A DNA stretch of 48,832 nucleotides from an uncultured Eubacteriales bacterium (GTDB taxonomy: Bacteria > Bacillota > Clostridia > Lachnospirales > CAYPQA01): positions 1-48,832 of the forward strand of contig CAYPQA010000002.1 in assembly GCA_964412725.1 (NCBI GenBank). Direction: 5' to 3'. Position 1 is the stretch's first letter; every line of letters starts with the position of its first letter. Shown piece after piece: positions 1-8,463 of the stretch. The translations under genes and the position numbers were made by a program. The notes beneath the pieces were generated by a model that worked only from the letters and a program-made list of their open reading frames with translations, had not been told where the DNA came from and ran no database searches.

Positions 1-130
1 TTATGAATGTCTTATCCATGCAGTGGAACACTATTTAGCTTTTTTCTTTGTTTCACCTGCTATAGGTTTCCTAGATTACACCACTTGACGAGACGCTATC
101 TAAGGATTTGTACCAAGATGGACTTCTAAC

Positions 131-162
131 CAAAAAAGACACGAGATATCGTGTCTTTTTTG
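131..162. terminator. Bidirectional intrinsic terminator downstream of the ABC permease
   Basis: Perfect 14-bp inverted repeat caaaaaagacacga / tcgtgtcttttttg with a 4-nt loop and A/T tracts on both sides. Confidence 0.85.
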
Positions 163-194
163 ATTAAACTATATAACTATTAATTTGTGGTATT

Positions 195-1763
195 TTAATA
201 CGCAAATAGGCGATAGTTTGCAAGCTTCCTATATATGATACGTGTAATGAATAAGACCACAAGCATAGCGACCAACATAACAACCCAACCTAATGATGGC
301 AAAGCCATACACACAAGCAGAGGAATAACACTTGCCGCAAGTCCAAAACCCATAGTTCCAAAGAGCGATACAGAACCACCCTTTACTGCATAATATTCGC
401 TAGGCCAGTCGTATTTTGGGTGCTTTACATTAAGATACATTCCAAGTACAGTTATGAAAAATGCGTAAGCTGTGGGAACTATAATCATAAGTATAATGCT
501 CCAAATAGATGCATTTAACGCAATGCTCACCAAAATCGCTGTTATAATTGAAACCGGTAAAATCATAGTTAAATTCATCGCAATCTTAGCGTTAAAGATG
601 TCAATGGGTCTAACTGGACTGCTTAAGATAATAAAGCGGTGCCTTCCTTCTAAGGATAACGAAACGCAGGTCGTGGACGACATACTCACAAGCGTTGCAA
701 TAACCATTGGGAATGCAGGGGCAAGCATGTTTATATCGACATATTTGTTTATAACGTCGGCGGGAAAATAAAGAATTGCAAACCCAAGAGCCAGCATTAA
801 AACTAATCCCATTGATGTGTTGAGAGCATATATTGCGCAAGAAATAAGGCGGCTGAACTCTCTTTTGTACATAGTAAAAAACGGAGATGAAACTTTTATA
901 GCAGAGTCACTGTACTTGCCTTTAGCATAATGAGTGAAAGCCGCTGTATTCATAGTCTTGTAAAAATAAGAAACGACAGAAACAAATGCCACACCACATA
1001 CCAAAGAAAGGGCTACAAATTCAAGAAACTGGACGGGATTATTGTTTGCAATTGCAGAGGACAGCATTGCGGCTGGAGGATAGATACGATTTACAGAATC
1101 ACCAATCTGAACGCTCAAATTGGTAATATCAACTTCAGTCATACCCGTACTTTGCATGGTTAATACCATGAATCCAACCATTGCCGCTATGCTCAATACT
1201 ATTGTAACCAAGCTGTTGTGCTTACTGCGCATTGATAAAGCACTGATTACAACGCCCACAGTTAGAGATATAATCATCGGTATTATCGGTGTAAGAAGTA
1301 GGGATATAACAAGCATCAAGTAAATACCAATGCTCGGTCGTGCATATATGCCGTAAATAACGATTGACGGAACACCTGCAATAAGACTAACGGCCAAGTT
1401 TGTTAAATAAATCATAGTAATACGGCTTGTGACAATGGCACTGCTTTTTACAGGCAACGACATAACCATGTCATAATCGCGAAGCCCTACAAGTACACCT
1501 GTGCTTTTCATAAAGGTCAAAACCAAAGTGATACTTCCACCTGTTAAAACCATAATGGTGGGCAAAATGTCCGTGAAACCCATCTCCGCCAAACCATTAC
1601 ACACCAGACAACTGTATGCAACAAATATTGCCACAATAAGTGCTCCTGCAAAGCCAAATGTCAAAATACGTGTTTTCTCACTCTTGTCACCCGAATGTAG
1701 CATGCGATTGATGCCAAAGAAATTATAAAGTTGCATCCTGAGTAAAGTCCCATATCTATTCAT
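195..1763 (-). CDS. ABC-2 type exporter permease subunit
   Basis: Many hydrophobic helices and SLSLEG/YDWPSE motifs typical of Firmicute ABC-2 permeases. Start moved to ATG 1763 (MNRYG) because GGAGG lies upstream and it overlaps the ATPase stop. Confidence 0.85.
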   Translation of the reverse strand: MNRYGTLLRMQLYNFFGINRMLHSGDKSEKTRILTFGFAGALIVAIFVAYSCLVCNGLAEMGFTDILPTIMVLTGGSITLVLTFMKSTGVLVGLRDYDMVMSLPVKSSAIVTSRITMIYLTNLAVSLIAGVPSIVIYGIYARPSIGIYLMLVISLLLTPIIPMIISLTVGVVISALSMRSKHNSLVTIVLSIAAMVGFMVLTMQSTGMTEVDITNLSVQIGDSVNRIYPPAAMLSSAIANNNPVQFLEFVALSLVCGVAFVSVVSYFYKTMNTAAFTHYAKGKYSDSAIKVSSPFFTMYKREFSRLISCAIYALNTSMGLVLMLALGFAILYFPADVINKYVDINMLAPAFPMVIATLVSMSSTTCVSLSLEGRHRFIILSSPVRPIDIFNAKIAMNLTMILPVSIITAILVSIALNASIWSIILMIIVPTAYAFFITVLGMYLNVKHPKYDWPSEYYAVKGGSVSLFGTMGFGLAASVIPLLVCMALPSLGWVVMLVAMLVVLFITRIIYRKLANYRLFAY

Positions 1764-2478
1764 TTTCAGTAACCTCCATAAAAACAGCTTCAAGACTGCC
1801 GCCCTTTCTGACTTCTTCCGTGCTTCCACTTGAAATAAGCTTTCCGCCTTTTATTATAGAAATCTTGTCGCAGAGTTTCTCCGCAACATCCAAAACGTGT
1901 GTTGAAAAGAAAATTGCACTGCCAGCATTACACAGCTCACGCATTATGCTTTTCAGATGAAATGCGGCTTCTGGGTCAAGCCCAACAAATGGCTCATCAA
2001 GCACCAAAAACTTGGGCTGATGCATAAATGCGCCTATGAGCGCAACCTTTTGTTTCATGCCGTGGGAATATGAGCCTATTAAGTTCCCCAAGCTGTCTTT
2101 AATACTAAAAATTTCGGCATATTTGTTTATACGCTCCTTGCGTTCTTTTCCGGAGACCGAAAACATATCACCCATATAATTCAAATACTGTATACCCGTC
2201 ACATATTCATAAAGATCAGGATTGTCAGGGATATAGGCTGTGATGGACTTGCACAACACAGGTTCCTTCTTCACAGAGTGACCGCCAATATAAATCTCCC
2301 CCTGTTCAAAATCCATAACTCCCACAACCGCCCTTATGGTTGTTGTCTTTCCCGCTCCGTTGTGCCCTATAAAGCCATGTATTTCGCCTGCATTAACTGT
2401 CAGGTTTAAGTTCTCAACGGCCTTTTTGCCGCCCGTATATGTTTTTGAGAATCCCTTTATTTCAAATATATTTGTCAT
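1756..2478 (-). CDS. ABC transporter ATP-binding protein
   Basis: Walker A GHNGAGKTT, signature YSHGMKQK, Walker B LVLDEP, H-loop STH; AAGGAG RBS. Confidence 0.95.
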   Translation of the reverse strand: MTNIFEIKGFSKTYTGGKKAVENLNLTVNAGEIHGFIGHNGAGKTTTIRAVVGVMDFEQGEIYIGGHSVKKEPVLCKSITAYIPDNPDLYEYVTGIQYLNYMGDMFSVSGKERKERINKYAEIFSIKDSLGNLIGSYSHGMKQKVALIGAFMHQPKFLVLDEPFVGLDPEAAFHLKSIMRELCNAGSAIFFSTHVLDVAEKLCDKISIIKGGKLISSGSTEEVRKGGSLEAVFMEVTENE

Positions 2479-2508
2479 ATTTAGTTCTCCTTTTATACTA
2501 TTTTAATA

Positions 2509-2537
2509 ATATTATTAATTTGATAATAATAAACCAA
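2509..2537 (-). promoter_or_regulatory. Putative sigma-A promoter of the ABC operon with an operator in the spacer
   Basis: Minus strand TTGGTT-17 bp-TAATAT. Contains the imperfect palindrome tattattaatttgataata (2510-2528), which matches the one at 3154-3172. Confidence 0.55.
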
Positions 2538-2595
2538 TATATTTCCTCAAATCTTTTTTATGTTACATTTAAAGAATTTGAGGATAATTTTAAAT

Positions 2596-3132
2596 CTATG
2601 CTTTTTCGGGCGGTGAAATAATCAACCCTATCGTCCGAAACTTTCTTTCGTTATTTGGTTTGTTTTCAAATAAGGTGGTCAAAATTTTTGATACCTCTGC
2701 CATGGCAGACATTAATTCATCATCCGTTGCGTAGATAGGTGCGAGAGAAAATCCCGACTTATCATTTACCACATCAATACTCGGCTTTTTACAGTAGTCC
2801 TGAAATTGCTTAACAAAACCAAATATATATTGTCTAAACATCTGCATATAGCTGTCACCGGTTAAATTTTCAAGAATTTCGTTTTTCGTCGTACTGAGTT
2901 CTACGGCAAGTGCGTAAGTCTTTTCAACCGTACCCCTAACTTGGTTTTCTTCCACAACCTCAAAAATACCATCCTCCGTCATTCTTTTCAAGTATCGATA
3001 CAAGGTAGCCTGTGGTATATCCGGATAGGTATCTGCCAAATACTTGGCCGTCACCTTCTTGGCCGAATTCGCCTCCAAAATCAGCTTACATTTTATTGGA
3101 TTCGTGAGGCATTCCATAATTTTATCGTTCAC
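2596..3132 (-). CDS. Winged helix-turn-helix (ArsR/HTH_20-like) transcriptional regulator
   Basis: N-terminal wHTH (DIPQATLYRYLKRM...VRGTVEKTY); GTG start at 3132 follows GGAGG. Confidence 0.85.
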   Translation of the reverse strand: MNDKIMECLTNPIKCKLILEANSAKKVTAKYLADTYPDIPQATLYRYLKRMTEDGIFEVVEENQVRGTVEKTYALAVELSTTKNEILENLTGDSYMQMFRQYIFGFVKQFQDYCKKPSIDVVNDKSGFSLAPIYATDDELMSAMAEVSKILTTLFENKPNNERKFRTIGLIISPPEKA

Positions 3133-3152
3133 ATCAGCACCTCCATATGACA

Positions 3153-3181
3153 ATATTATCATAATGATAATAAAATGTCAA
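3153..3181 (-). promoter_or_regulatory. Sigma-A promoter of the regulator overlapped by a 9-1-9 palindromic operator
   Basis: Minus strand TTGACA-17 bp-TAATAT; perfect inverted repeat tattatcat-a-atgataata at 3154-3172. Confidence 0.7.
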
Positions 3182-3287
3182 TAGTAAATTTAAAAATAAC
3201 CCAAAATAAATAGTATTATTTTTAACCAAATATACACATGTCTAGTTGGAAATGATATAATATGAAAAAAACAAGGAGGGCTAGTAA

Positions 3288-4325
3288 ATGAAAAAAACGA
3301 TTTCAGATGTTGTAAGTTTCCCCAATGGTTGTGAAACTGTACGCTTCACAGCTTGCTTTGTATCCATGATTATGCGTGCAGAGGGTATCAGCAACGAAAA
3401 ACACGAAGATCTATACCAACTCTACACGGCTGTAACCGGATTCGGATTTATGCAAATGGATTTATCAAATGATGAACACATGAGTAGGGATTGGAACCAA
3501 ACCTGCAATATACTGCTCAGAGAAATTGATTGGTATATCGGTTTTACTATGGACTATGCGGGATATGATTTTGAAGAGTTAATATTCCCGAGCGGTATCA
3601 AAAAAGATGAAGCCTTTAACAAAATAAAAGCCTCTATCGATAAAGACATACCAATTTTGGCTTTATTCGGTAGAACATATGGTTGGGTTTTGGTAACAGG
3701 TTACGATGGTGACGGCGTTTTGTATGGCCTTGACGGCTCTCAAGGATATTGGGGAAAGCCATACGAAAAACCCGCTGGATATGATGAAACTGGTTTATTT
3801 ATTATGCCTGACTGGTATGAAAAGGCTGGACATGCTTTCATCTTAGGAGATAAAAAAGAATCCAGTGTTACAATGCAAGATGTTTTTAAACATGGGATAA
3901 AGATTATGGAAACCTTAAAAGAGAAAAACTACCTTAGAAATTCTGTAAATTTTATGAGAAACGATAGCAATTTTGAAAGTCTAACCGACGAAGAACTAAT
4001 AAAAATGCGTGACCGTATTTCCTGTTGGATTGGCCAACTCATAGACCAAAGAGCAATGCTCGGATATGCTGTGGAGCCTCTTCGAGAGGGAACCGAATTA
4101 AATAAAGAAACCCTATGCTTAAATCGTATCCACGAGTTATTTTGCGAAACGCATGATGTTTTATGGGTTCCTTGGAAAGGCATCGGCGAGTTTATGGAAG
4201 GCGACCGGCTGGAATGGGCAAAGGGTCTTAAGAACAAGGCAATCCGCAATATGATAGCAGACTGTTTTGAGCTGGTCTGCAACAATGATGATAAGATTTT
4301 GGATTATTTAAAACAAGGATTTTGA
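3288..4325 (+). CDS. Hypothetical protein, possible degenerate C39/BtrH-N papain-like fold
   Basis: 345-aa ORF with AAGGAGG RBS; motifs PNGCE and SIDKDIPIL...WVLVTGYD resemble C39-like proteins. Confidence 0.75.
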   Translation: MKKTISDVVSFPNGCETVRFTACFVSMIMRAEGISNEKHEDLYQLYTAVTGFGFMQMDLSNDEHMSRDWNQTCNILLREIDWYIGFTMDYAGYDFEELIFPSGIKKDEAFNKIKASIDKDIPILALFGRTYGWVLVTGYDGDGVLYGLDGSQGYWGKPYEKPAGYDETGLFIMPDWYEKAGHAFILGDKKESSVTMQDVFKHGIKIMETLKEKNYLRNSVNFMRNDSNFESLTDEELIKMRDRISCWIGQLIDQRAMLGYAVEPLREGTELNKETLCLNRIHELFCETHDVLWVPWKGIGEFMEGDRLEWAKGLKNKAIRNMIADCFELVCNNDDKILDYLKQGF

Positions 4326-4342
4326 AAGTGAGTTATTTACCC

Positions 4343-4371
4343 TTGACACTAGTATTTTTCTAATGTAAACT
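4343..4371 (+). promoter_or_regulatory. Sigma-A promoter of the tyrS leader
   Basis: TTGACA (4343-4348)-17 bp-TAAACT (4366-4371). Confidence 0.75.
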
Positions 4372-4398
4372 CACATCATAAACTTTTAAGAGGTGTAT

Positions 4399-4482
4399 AT
4401 GTTAACGTTTGATATAAATTTTTACGGTGCTAAGTCTGTTTCCTATTATTATGGAAGCAGGCTTTGGTCGCGCCCGTCTTAA
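4399..4482 (+). CDS. Putative tyrosine-rich leader peptide of tyrS (MLTFDINFYGAKSVSYYYGSRLWSRPS)
   Basis: AAGAGGTG RBS, ATG 4399, four Tyr codons including TAT-TAT-TAT at 4444-4452, TAA 4480-4482; lies between the promoter and a terminator upstream of tyrS. Confidence 0.75.
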   Translation: MLTFDINFYGAKSVSYYYGSRLWSRPS

Positions 4483-4497
4483 TTTATTAAGCGTTTC

Positions 4498-4528
4498 GGC
4501 CAAGGCTTTTTTGCCTTGGCCTTTTTTT
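4498..4528 (+). terminator. Attenuator terminator upstream of tyrS
   Basis: GGCCAAGGC-T6 loop-GCCTTGGCC followed by T7. Its 5' arm can alternatively pair with 4461-4470. Confidence 0.85.
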
Positions 4529-4567
4529 ATTCTTTTAAAGGGAGATTTTATAAAAAGGAGCATGATT

Positions 4568-5734
4568 ATGAAAACAGAGGAATTTTTTGAGAGATTGAAA
4601 CGCGATGCCGTTTCGATTTTTTCGGAGGACGAGCTTTTAAAAAAGCTCAAAAGTGGGCGCAAGCTCAGGATTAAACTTGGTGCAGATCCAAGCCGCCCTG
4701 ATTTGCACCTTGGGCATTCGGTAGTTCTGAGAAAGTTGCGGATTTTCCAGGATTTGGGACATGAGGTTGTGTTCGTTATAGGCGACTTCACCGGTATGAT
4801 AGTCGATCCAACAGGTAAGAGTAAGACCCGCCAACCGCTCACATTTGAACAGACAAGAGCGAATGGTAAAAGCTACTTTGAACAGGTTACAAAGATATTG
4901 GACAAAGACAGAACTGTTATAACCTACAATTCTGAATGGCTTTCAAAGATGGGATTTGCAGAGATTTTGACGCTGGCAGGTAAGTATACGATTGCGGGCA
5001 TAATGGAACGTGATGATTTTTCAAAACGCTACAGCGAAAATCGTTCAATTGGACTTCACGAGTTGTTTTATCCGCTTATGCAAGGCTATGATAGCGTAAG
5101 CCTCAATGCCGACATCGAGGTTGGAGGTACAGACCAAACCTTCAACTTACTTGTTGGGCGAAAGCTTCAAGAGGACTATGGTCAGCCGCGTCAGGAGGTT
5201 ATAACATTCCCGCTTCTTGTCGGTCTTGATGGGGTTGAAAAGATGAGTAAGTCGTTGGATAACTATATTGGGATTGATGAAAAGCCGGAAATTATGTTTG
5301 AAAAATGCATGAAAGTGCCTGACACACTATTAAGGGACTACTTCCGTTTGACAACGGACATTTTGCCAGAGGTTTATGAACGTCTTTGTTCTGATATGCG
5401 AAACGCTCACTTTGAATATGCGCGTGAGATTGTGAGGTTGTATCATGGTGAATCTTATATTGAGGACGCAGAGAAACGCTACAAAGACATTGCTTCCGGT
5501 TCAACGCCTGAAACAATTGAAACTGTGACTTTACACCAACCAAGCATTGTTATTACGGAATTGCTCGTAAAAATTGGTTTTGCAGACTCGAACAGTGATG
5601 CAAGACGACTTATAAATGGCGGAGGCATAAAAATAGACGGAAAATCCGTTACAGACTTCCACCTTGAAATCGAATCCCCAACCCAACACATCATAAGCCG
5701 AGGTAAAAATAGGTTTGTTAAAATCCAAATATAA
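4568..5734 (+). CDS. tyrS: Tyrosine--tRNA ligase
   Basis: KLGADPSRPDLHLGH (HIGH), YPLMQGYD, GGTDQ, KMSKS and C-terminal S4 domain; ATG 4568 chosen from AAGGAG RBS spacing. Confidence 0.97.
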   Translation: MKTEEFFERLKRDAVSIFSEDELLKKLKSGRKLRIKLGADPSRPDLHLGHSVVLRKLRIFQDLGHEVVFVIGDFTGMIVDPTGKSKTRQPLTFEQTRANGKSYFEQVTKILDKDRTVITYNSEWLSKMGFAEILTLAGKYTIAGIMERDDFSKRYSENRSIGLHELFYPLMQGYDSVSLNADIEVGGTDQTFNLLVGRKLQEDYGQPRQEVITFPLLVGLDGVEKMSKSLDNYIGIDEKPEIMFEKCMKVPDTLLRDYFRLTTDILPEVYERLCSDMRNAHFEYAREIVRLYHGESYIEDAEKRYKDIASGSTPETIETVTLHQPSIVITELLVKIGFADSNSDARRLINGGGIKIDGKSVTDFHLEIESPTQHIISRGKNRFVKIQI

Positions 5735-5739
5735 TTATA

Positions 5740-5773
5740 TTGACATATAAACAGTACTGTTGTATAATCAGTA
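5740..5773 (+). promoter_or_regulatory. Consensus sigma-A promoter with palindromic candidate PadR operator
   Basis: TTGACA-17 bp-TATAAT (5740-5768); perfect palindrome aacagtactgtt 5750-5761 and tactg-N9-cagta 5755-5773. Confidence 0.75.
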
Positions 5774-5797
5774 TAAATTATATGGGGGTGTATTTTT

Positions 5798-6628
5798 ATG
5801 AAAAAATCAGATTATCTTAAACAACTTGAGAGTGAGCTGTACAAAAAACTGGATTATCAAGAAACCCAATCCATACTAAAGGACTATGGCGAATATTTTG
5901 AGACAGGTCTTAGGGATGGTGTTTCTGAGGATGAACTTTGCGCAAGATTTGGAAACCCTGCTGATGTTGCAAGAGAAATTGCGCAGGCCGAGGATATTAA
6001 GCAAAACATCCAGCAAAGGCGTTTTGTGAATTACCTAACCTTCTTTGCAACATCTGCTTTGCTTCTCTTTTTACAAATGGGTTTTGCAAACCACCTTACA
6101 ATATCTGTCATACTTGTAATCCTAATTCCACTTTCTTTCATCAAATGGCAAGACCATAACCGCTACTTTGTGCCGTTAAATCCTGAGACAATTGGAATTT
6201 TGAAAACTGTTGCACTTTTACCGTTACTTGGTTTCCTATTGGCTTGGTTTTTTTTCAACGGTGCTTATATGTGGACTTGGATGTTAAATAATTACAATGG
6301 TGACCTTTCAATGATTGGTCCGTCAGCGGCTTTAAATCTACAAGTTATCTATTGTTTTAATCTTGCAGGCCTGCTCTTTATCTTGCAAAATGCTTACAAC
6401 AAAGGCATAAGCAAGAAGTTCTCTTTTTCATTTATTTTTACAGGCTTTATGCAAAGTACTTGGTGCACTTTCTATGTTCTTCAAACAATAAGTGTTCCGG
6501 AAACCATTTTTATTAGATTATTATTATCCACAATACCTTTAGCTGTTGGTATTATTATATGTATTGTGTCTTCTTTGTTCTTTAAAGCCAGCCCGAAAGA
6601 GGTGAAATCTGTTGGATGCACAGCTTAA
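5798..6628 (+). CDS. DUF1700/HAAS-domain membrane protein
   Basis: N-terminal YLKQLE...ILKDYGEYFETG..DGVSEDEL...FGNP..VARE motif followed by about 6 TM helices; adjacent to PadR. Confidence 0.8.
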   Translation: MKKSDYLKQLESELYKKLDYQETQSILKDYGEYFETGLRDGVSEDELCARFGNPADVAREIAQAEDIKQNIQQRRFVNYLTFFATSALLLFLQMGFANHLTISVILVILIPLSFIKWQDHNRYFVPLNPETIGILKTVALLPLLGFLLAWFFFNGAYMWTWMLNNYNGDLSMIGPSAALNLQVIYCFNLAGLLFILQNAYNKGISKKFSFSFIFTGFMQSTWCTFYVLQTISVPETIFIRLLLSTIPLAVGIIICIVSSLFFKASPKEVKSVGCTA

Positions 6629-6923
6629 AAAGGGTGTTTTGCAGATGTGCGTACTCAAATACATTTCCAATCAAGAATCATATGGATATGAAATTATGAA
6701 AGACATCACGAGGCTTTTTCCGGATGTTGCGGAGGCTTCTGTTTATGCTATTTTGAGACGGCTTCATGCTGCAGGTTATTTGGATGTTTATAACCAGGAA
6801 ATGCCCAATGTGCCCACTAGAAAATACTACAGAATCTCAAACGAAGGAACACTTCACTTGGATAAATCTATTGAACAATGGAAAACAATTCTTGGCGCAA
6901 TTAAAGAAGTTGGTATAATATAA
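6612..6923 (+). CDS. PadR family transcriptional regulator
   Basis: QLKKGVL..CVL, YGYEI, SVYAILRRL, RKYYRIS..G motifs; GAGGTG RBS before TTG. Confidence 0.92.
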   Translation: MDAQLKKGVLQMCVLKYISNQESYGYEIMKDITRLFPDVAEASVYAILRRLHAAGYLDVYNQEMPNVPTRKYYRISNEGTLHLDKSIEQWKTILGAIKEVGII

Positions 6924-6944
6924 TTCAAATATATAGTAAATTGC

Positions 6945-6986
6945 AAAAAAGAGATGTAGCAGGGCATTCGCTACATCTCTTTTTTT
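6945..6986. terminator. Bidirectional intrinsic terminator
   Basis: aaaaaagagatgtagc / gctacatctctttttt inverted repeat between convergent genes. Confidence 0.85.
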
Positions 6987-7494
6987 AAATTTCAAAATCA
7001 ATATTATATTTGTCGCTAATAAGAATATAATTACAGCTATGCTCAATGCATTTCAACAAAGCATAGGCATTATCTTCAATCATTAGTTCTTTAGGATATT
7101 CATCATTTTCCCTTTTTTCAATCACGCTTGCATAGTTCATTATGTCCGAATAATTATTTTGGATATAATCCTCACTGAATATCAAACACACGTATTTAAT
7201 ATGCGCCAAGTATTCGTCACTAAAACTCTTATTATAATCAAACGGAACATAGCATCCTTCAACAATCAAATTTTGATTATTTTCTATCGCAGTTTTTATC
7301 ATTTCAGCGACAATAGGCCAAAGGTATTTAGTTAATTCGCCGTTTTCGTAAGGTGTAAGCTTAGTTTGACCACTCCGGATCAAGCCCATTTTCAAGTGGT
7401 CAATGGACACATATGGATAGTAATATTTTTCAAGCAGTTTTTGCGCCAAAAAGGTTTTGCCCGTGTGTGAGCTTCCTGTAATTATAACAACCAA
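6985..7494 (-). CDS. P-loop NMP-kinase-like protein (adenylate / 2-phosphoglycerate kinase-like)
   Basis: GSSHTGKT Walker A at the N-terminus, SIDHLKMGLIR, IVEG. Confidence 0.8.
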   Translation of the reverse strand: MVVIITGSSHTGKTFLAQKLLEKYYYPYVSIDHLKMGLIRSGQTKLTPYENGELTKYLWPIVAEMIKTAIENNQNLIVEGCYVPFDYNKSFSDEYLAHIKYVCLIFSEDYIQNNYSDIMNYASVIEKRENDEYPKELMIEDNAYALLKCIEHSCNYILISDKYNIDFEI

Positions 7495-7511
7495 TCAGTA
7501 CACCCCCTATG

Positions 7512-8441
7512 TCAACAATCTACTTTGTGGTAATCGAATACAATATTTCTATAAAGTTCTTCAACCTTACCTTCATCAATAAAACCATTTGCGGCACCAT
7601 TGGCACCAATTTTGTATGAAGCAAAAACCTGCGCCCTTTTTAAAGCTTCTAACGGCTCGTAACCTTTACTATGGTAATGAATAAAACAACTGAAAAGCGC
7701 ATCTCCAGCCCCCACAGTGTTTACAACCTCTCTTGTAAAAACAGACTTCATGTAGTAAATTGCATTTTCTTTGCGAATGTATATCAGCGCACCATGGCTA
7801 CCCATTCCCAATACAATAATGCTATTGTTGTACTCATTCTTTAGATCTTTCAAAAAATAACAAGCTTCGTAGGGTATATTTTCATGGCTTAAAAATAATA
7901 TGTCTGCATAGTCCATAAAATCCTTGTTGTAGCTGTCGTGGATATCACTCAACACATGCACATCTGTTGCAATTGTAACGCCCTTATCCTTTGACAACCT
8001 TAAAAGAGGGCGGGAAAAATTTGAATTGCAAACAATAGCAATCTTACAGTCCGACAACGCTTCCTCTAACTTAGCTTGTTCAAACACAGCATCTTGGTAG
8101 TCCTTTAAATCACAGTAAATCTTTCTCCTGCCTGTCTTGTCGTTTATAACAATGGATTGGGGGGTGTTTTTGAGTGATCTTTTCAAAAATTCTATACCGA
8201 AACCTTCTTCTTTCAAAACACTTTCTGCATAATCCGCCTCTTGGTCATTGCCCAGTAACGACACAATCTTCACATTTTCTCCTAATACTTTAAGCGCCTT
8301 TGGTATATTTACAGCAACACCTGAGACAGAAGTATTTATACCGTAAAACGGAAATTCAATTGCAGCATATTCAATTGGGAAGTTATCTACCTTTAAGGTT
8401 GTTTCAATATTAATTAAACCGGCTACCAAAATCAAACCCAT
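7512..8441 (-). CDS. PfkB family carbohydrate kinase
   Basis: SGVAVNI N-terminal motif and NTVGAGDA anion-hole signature. Confidence 0.9.
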   Translation of the reverse strand: MGLILVAGLINIETTLKVDNFPIEYAAIEFPFYGINTSVSGVAVNIPKALKVLGENVKIVSLLGNDQEADYAESVLKEEGFGIEFLKRSLKNTPQSIVINDKTGRRKIYCDLKDYQDAVFEQAKLEEALSDCKIAIVCNSNFSRPLLRLSKDKGVTIATDVHVLSDIHDSYNKDFMDYADILFLSHENIPYEACYFLKDLKNEYNNSIIVLGMGSHGALIYIRKENAIYYMKSVFTREVVNTVGAGDALFSCFIHYHSKGYEPLEALKRAQVFASYKIGANGAANGFIDEGKVEELYRNIVFDYHKVDC

Positions 8442-8463
8442 AATATCACCCTCATATTTTATT

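Noticed and set aside
7-129. 40-codon ORF on the plus strand at the window edge
   Set aside because: No visible RBS, no recognisable motif, and the upstream context is cut off.
4375-4530. T-box riboswitch upstream of tyrS
   Set aside because: No GGTGGNACCGCG T-box motif or recognisable stem I; TTTGGTCGCG lacks the ACC bulge sequence. The leader-peptide model explains all the helices.
4427-4567. N-terminal extension of TyrS given in the ORF track
   Set aside because: It runs through the attenuator and terminator; the RBS supports ATG 4568.
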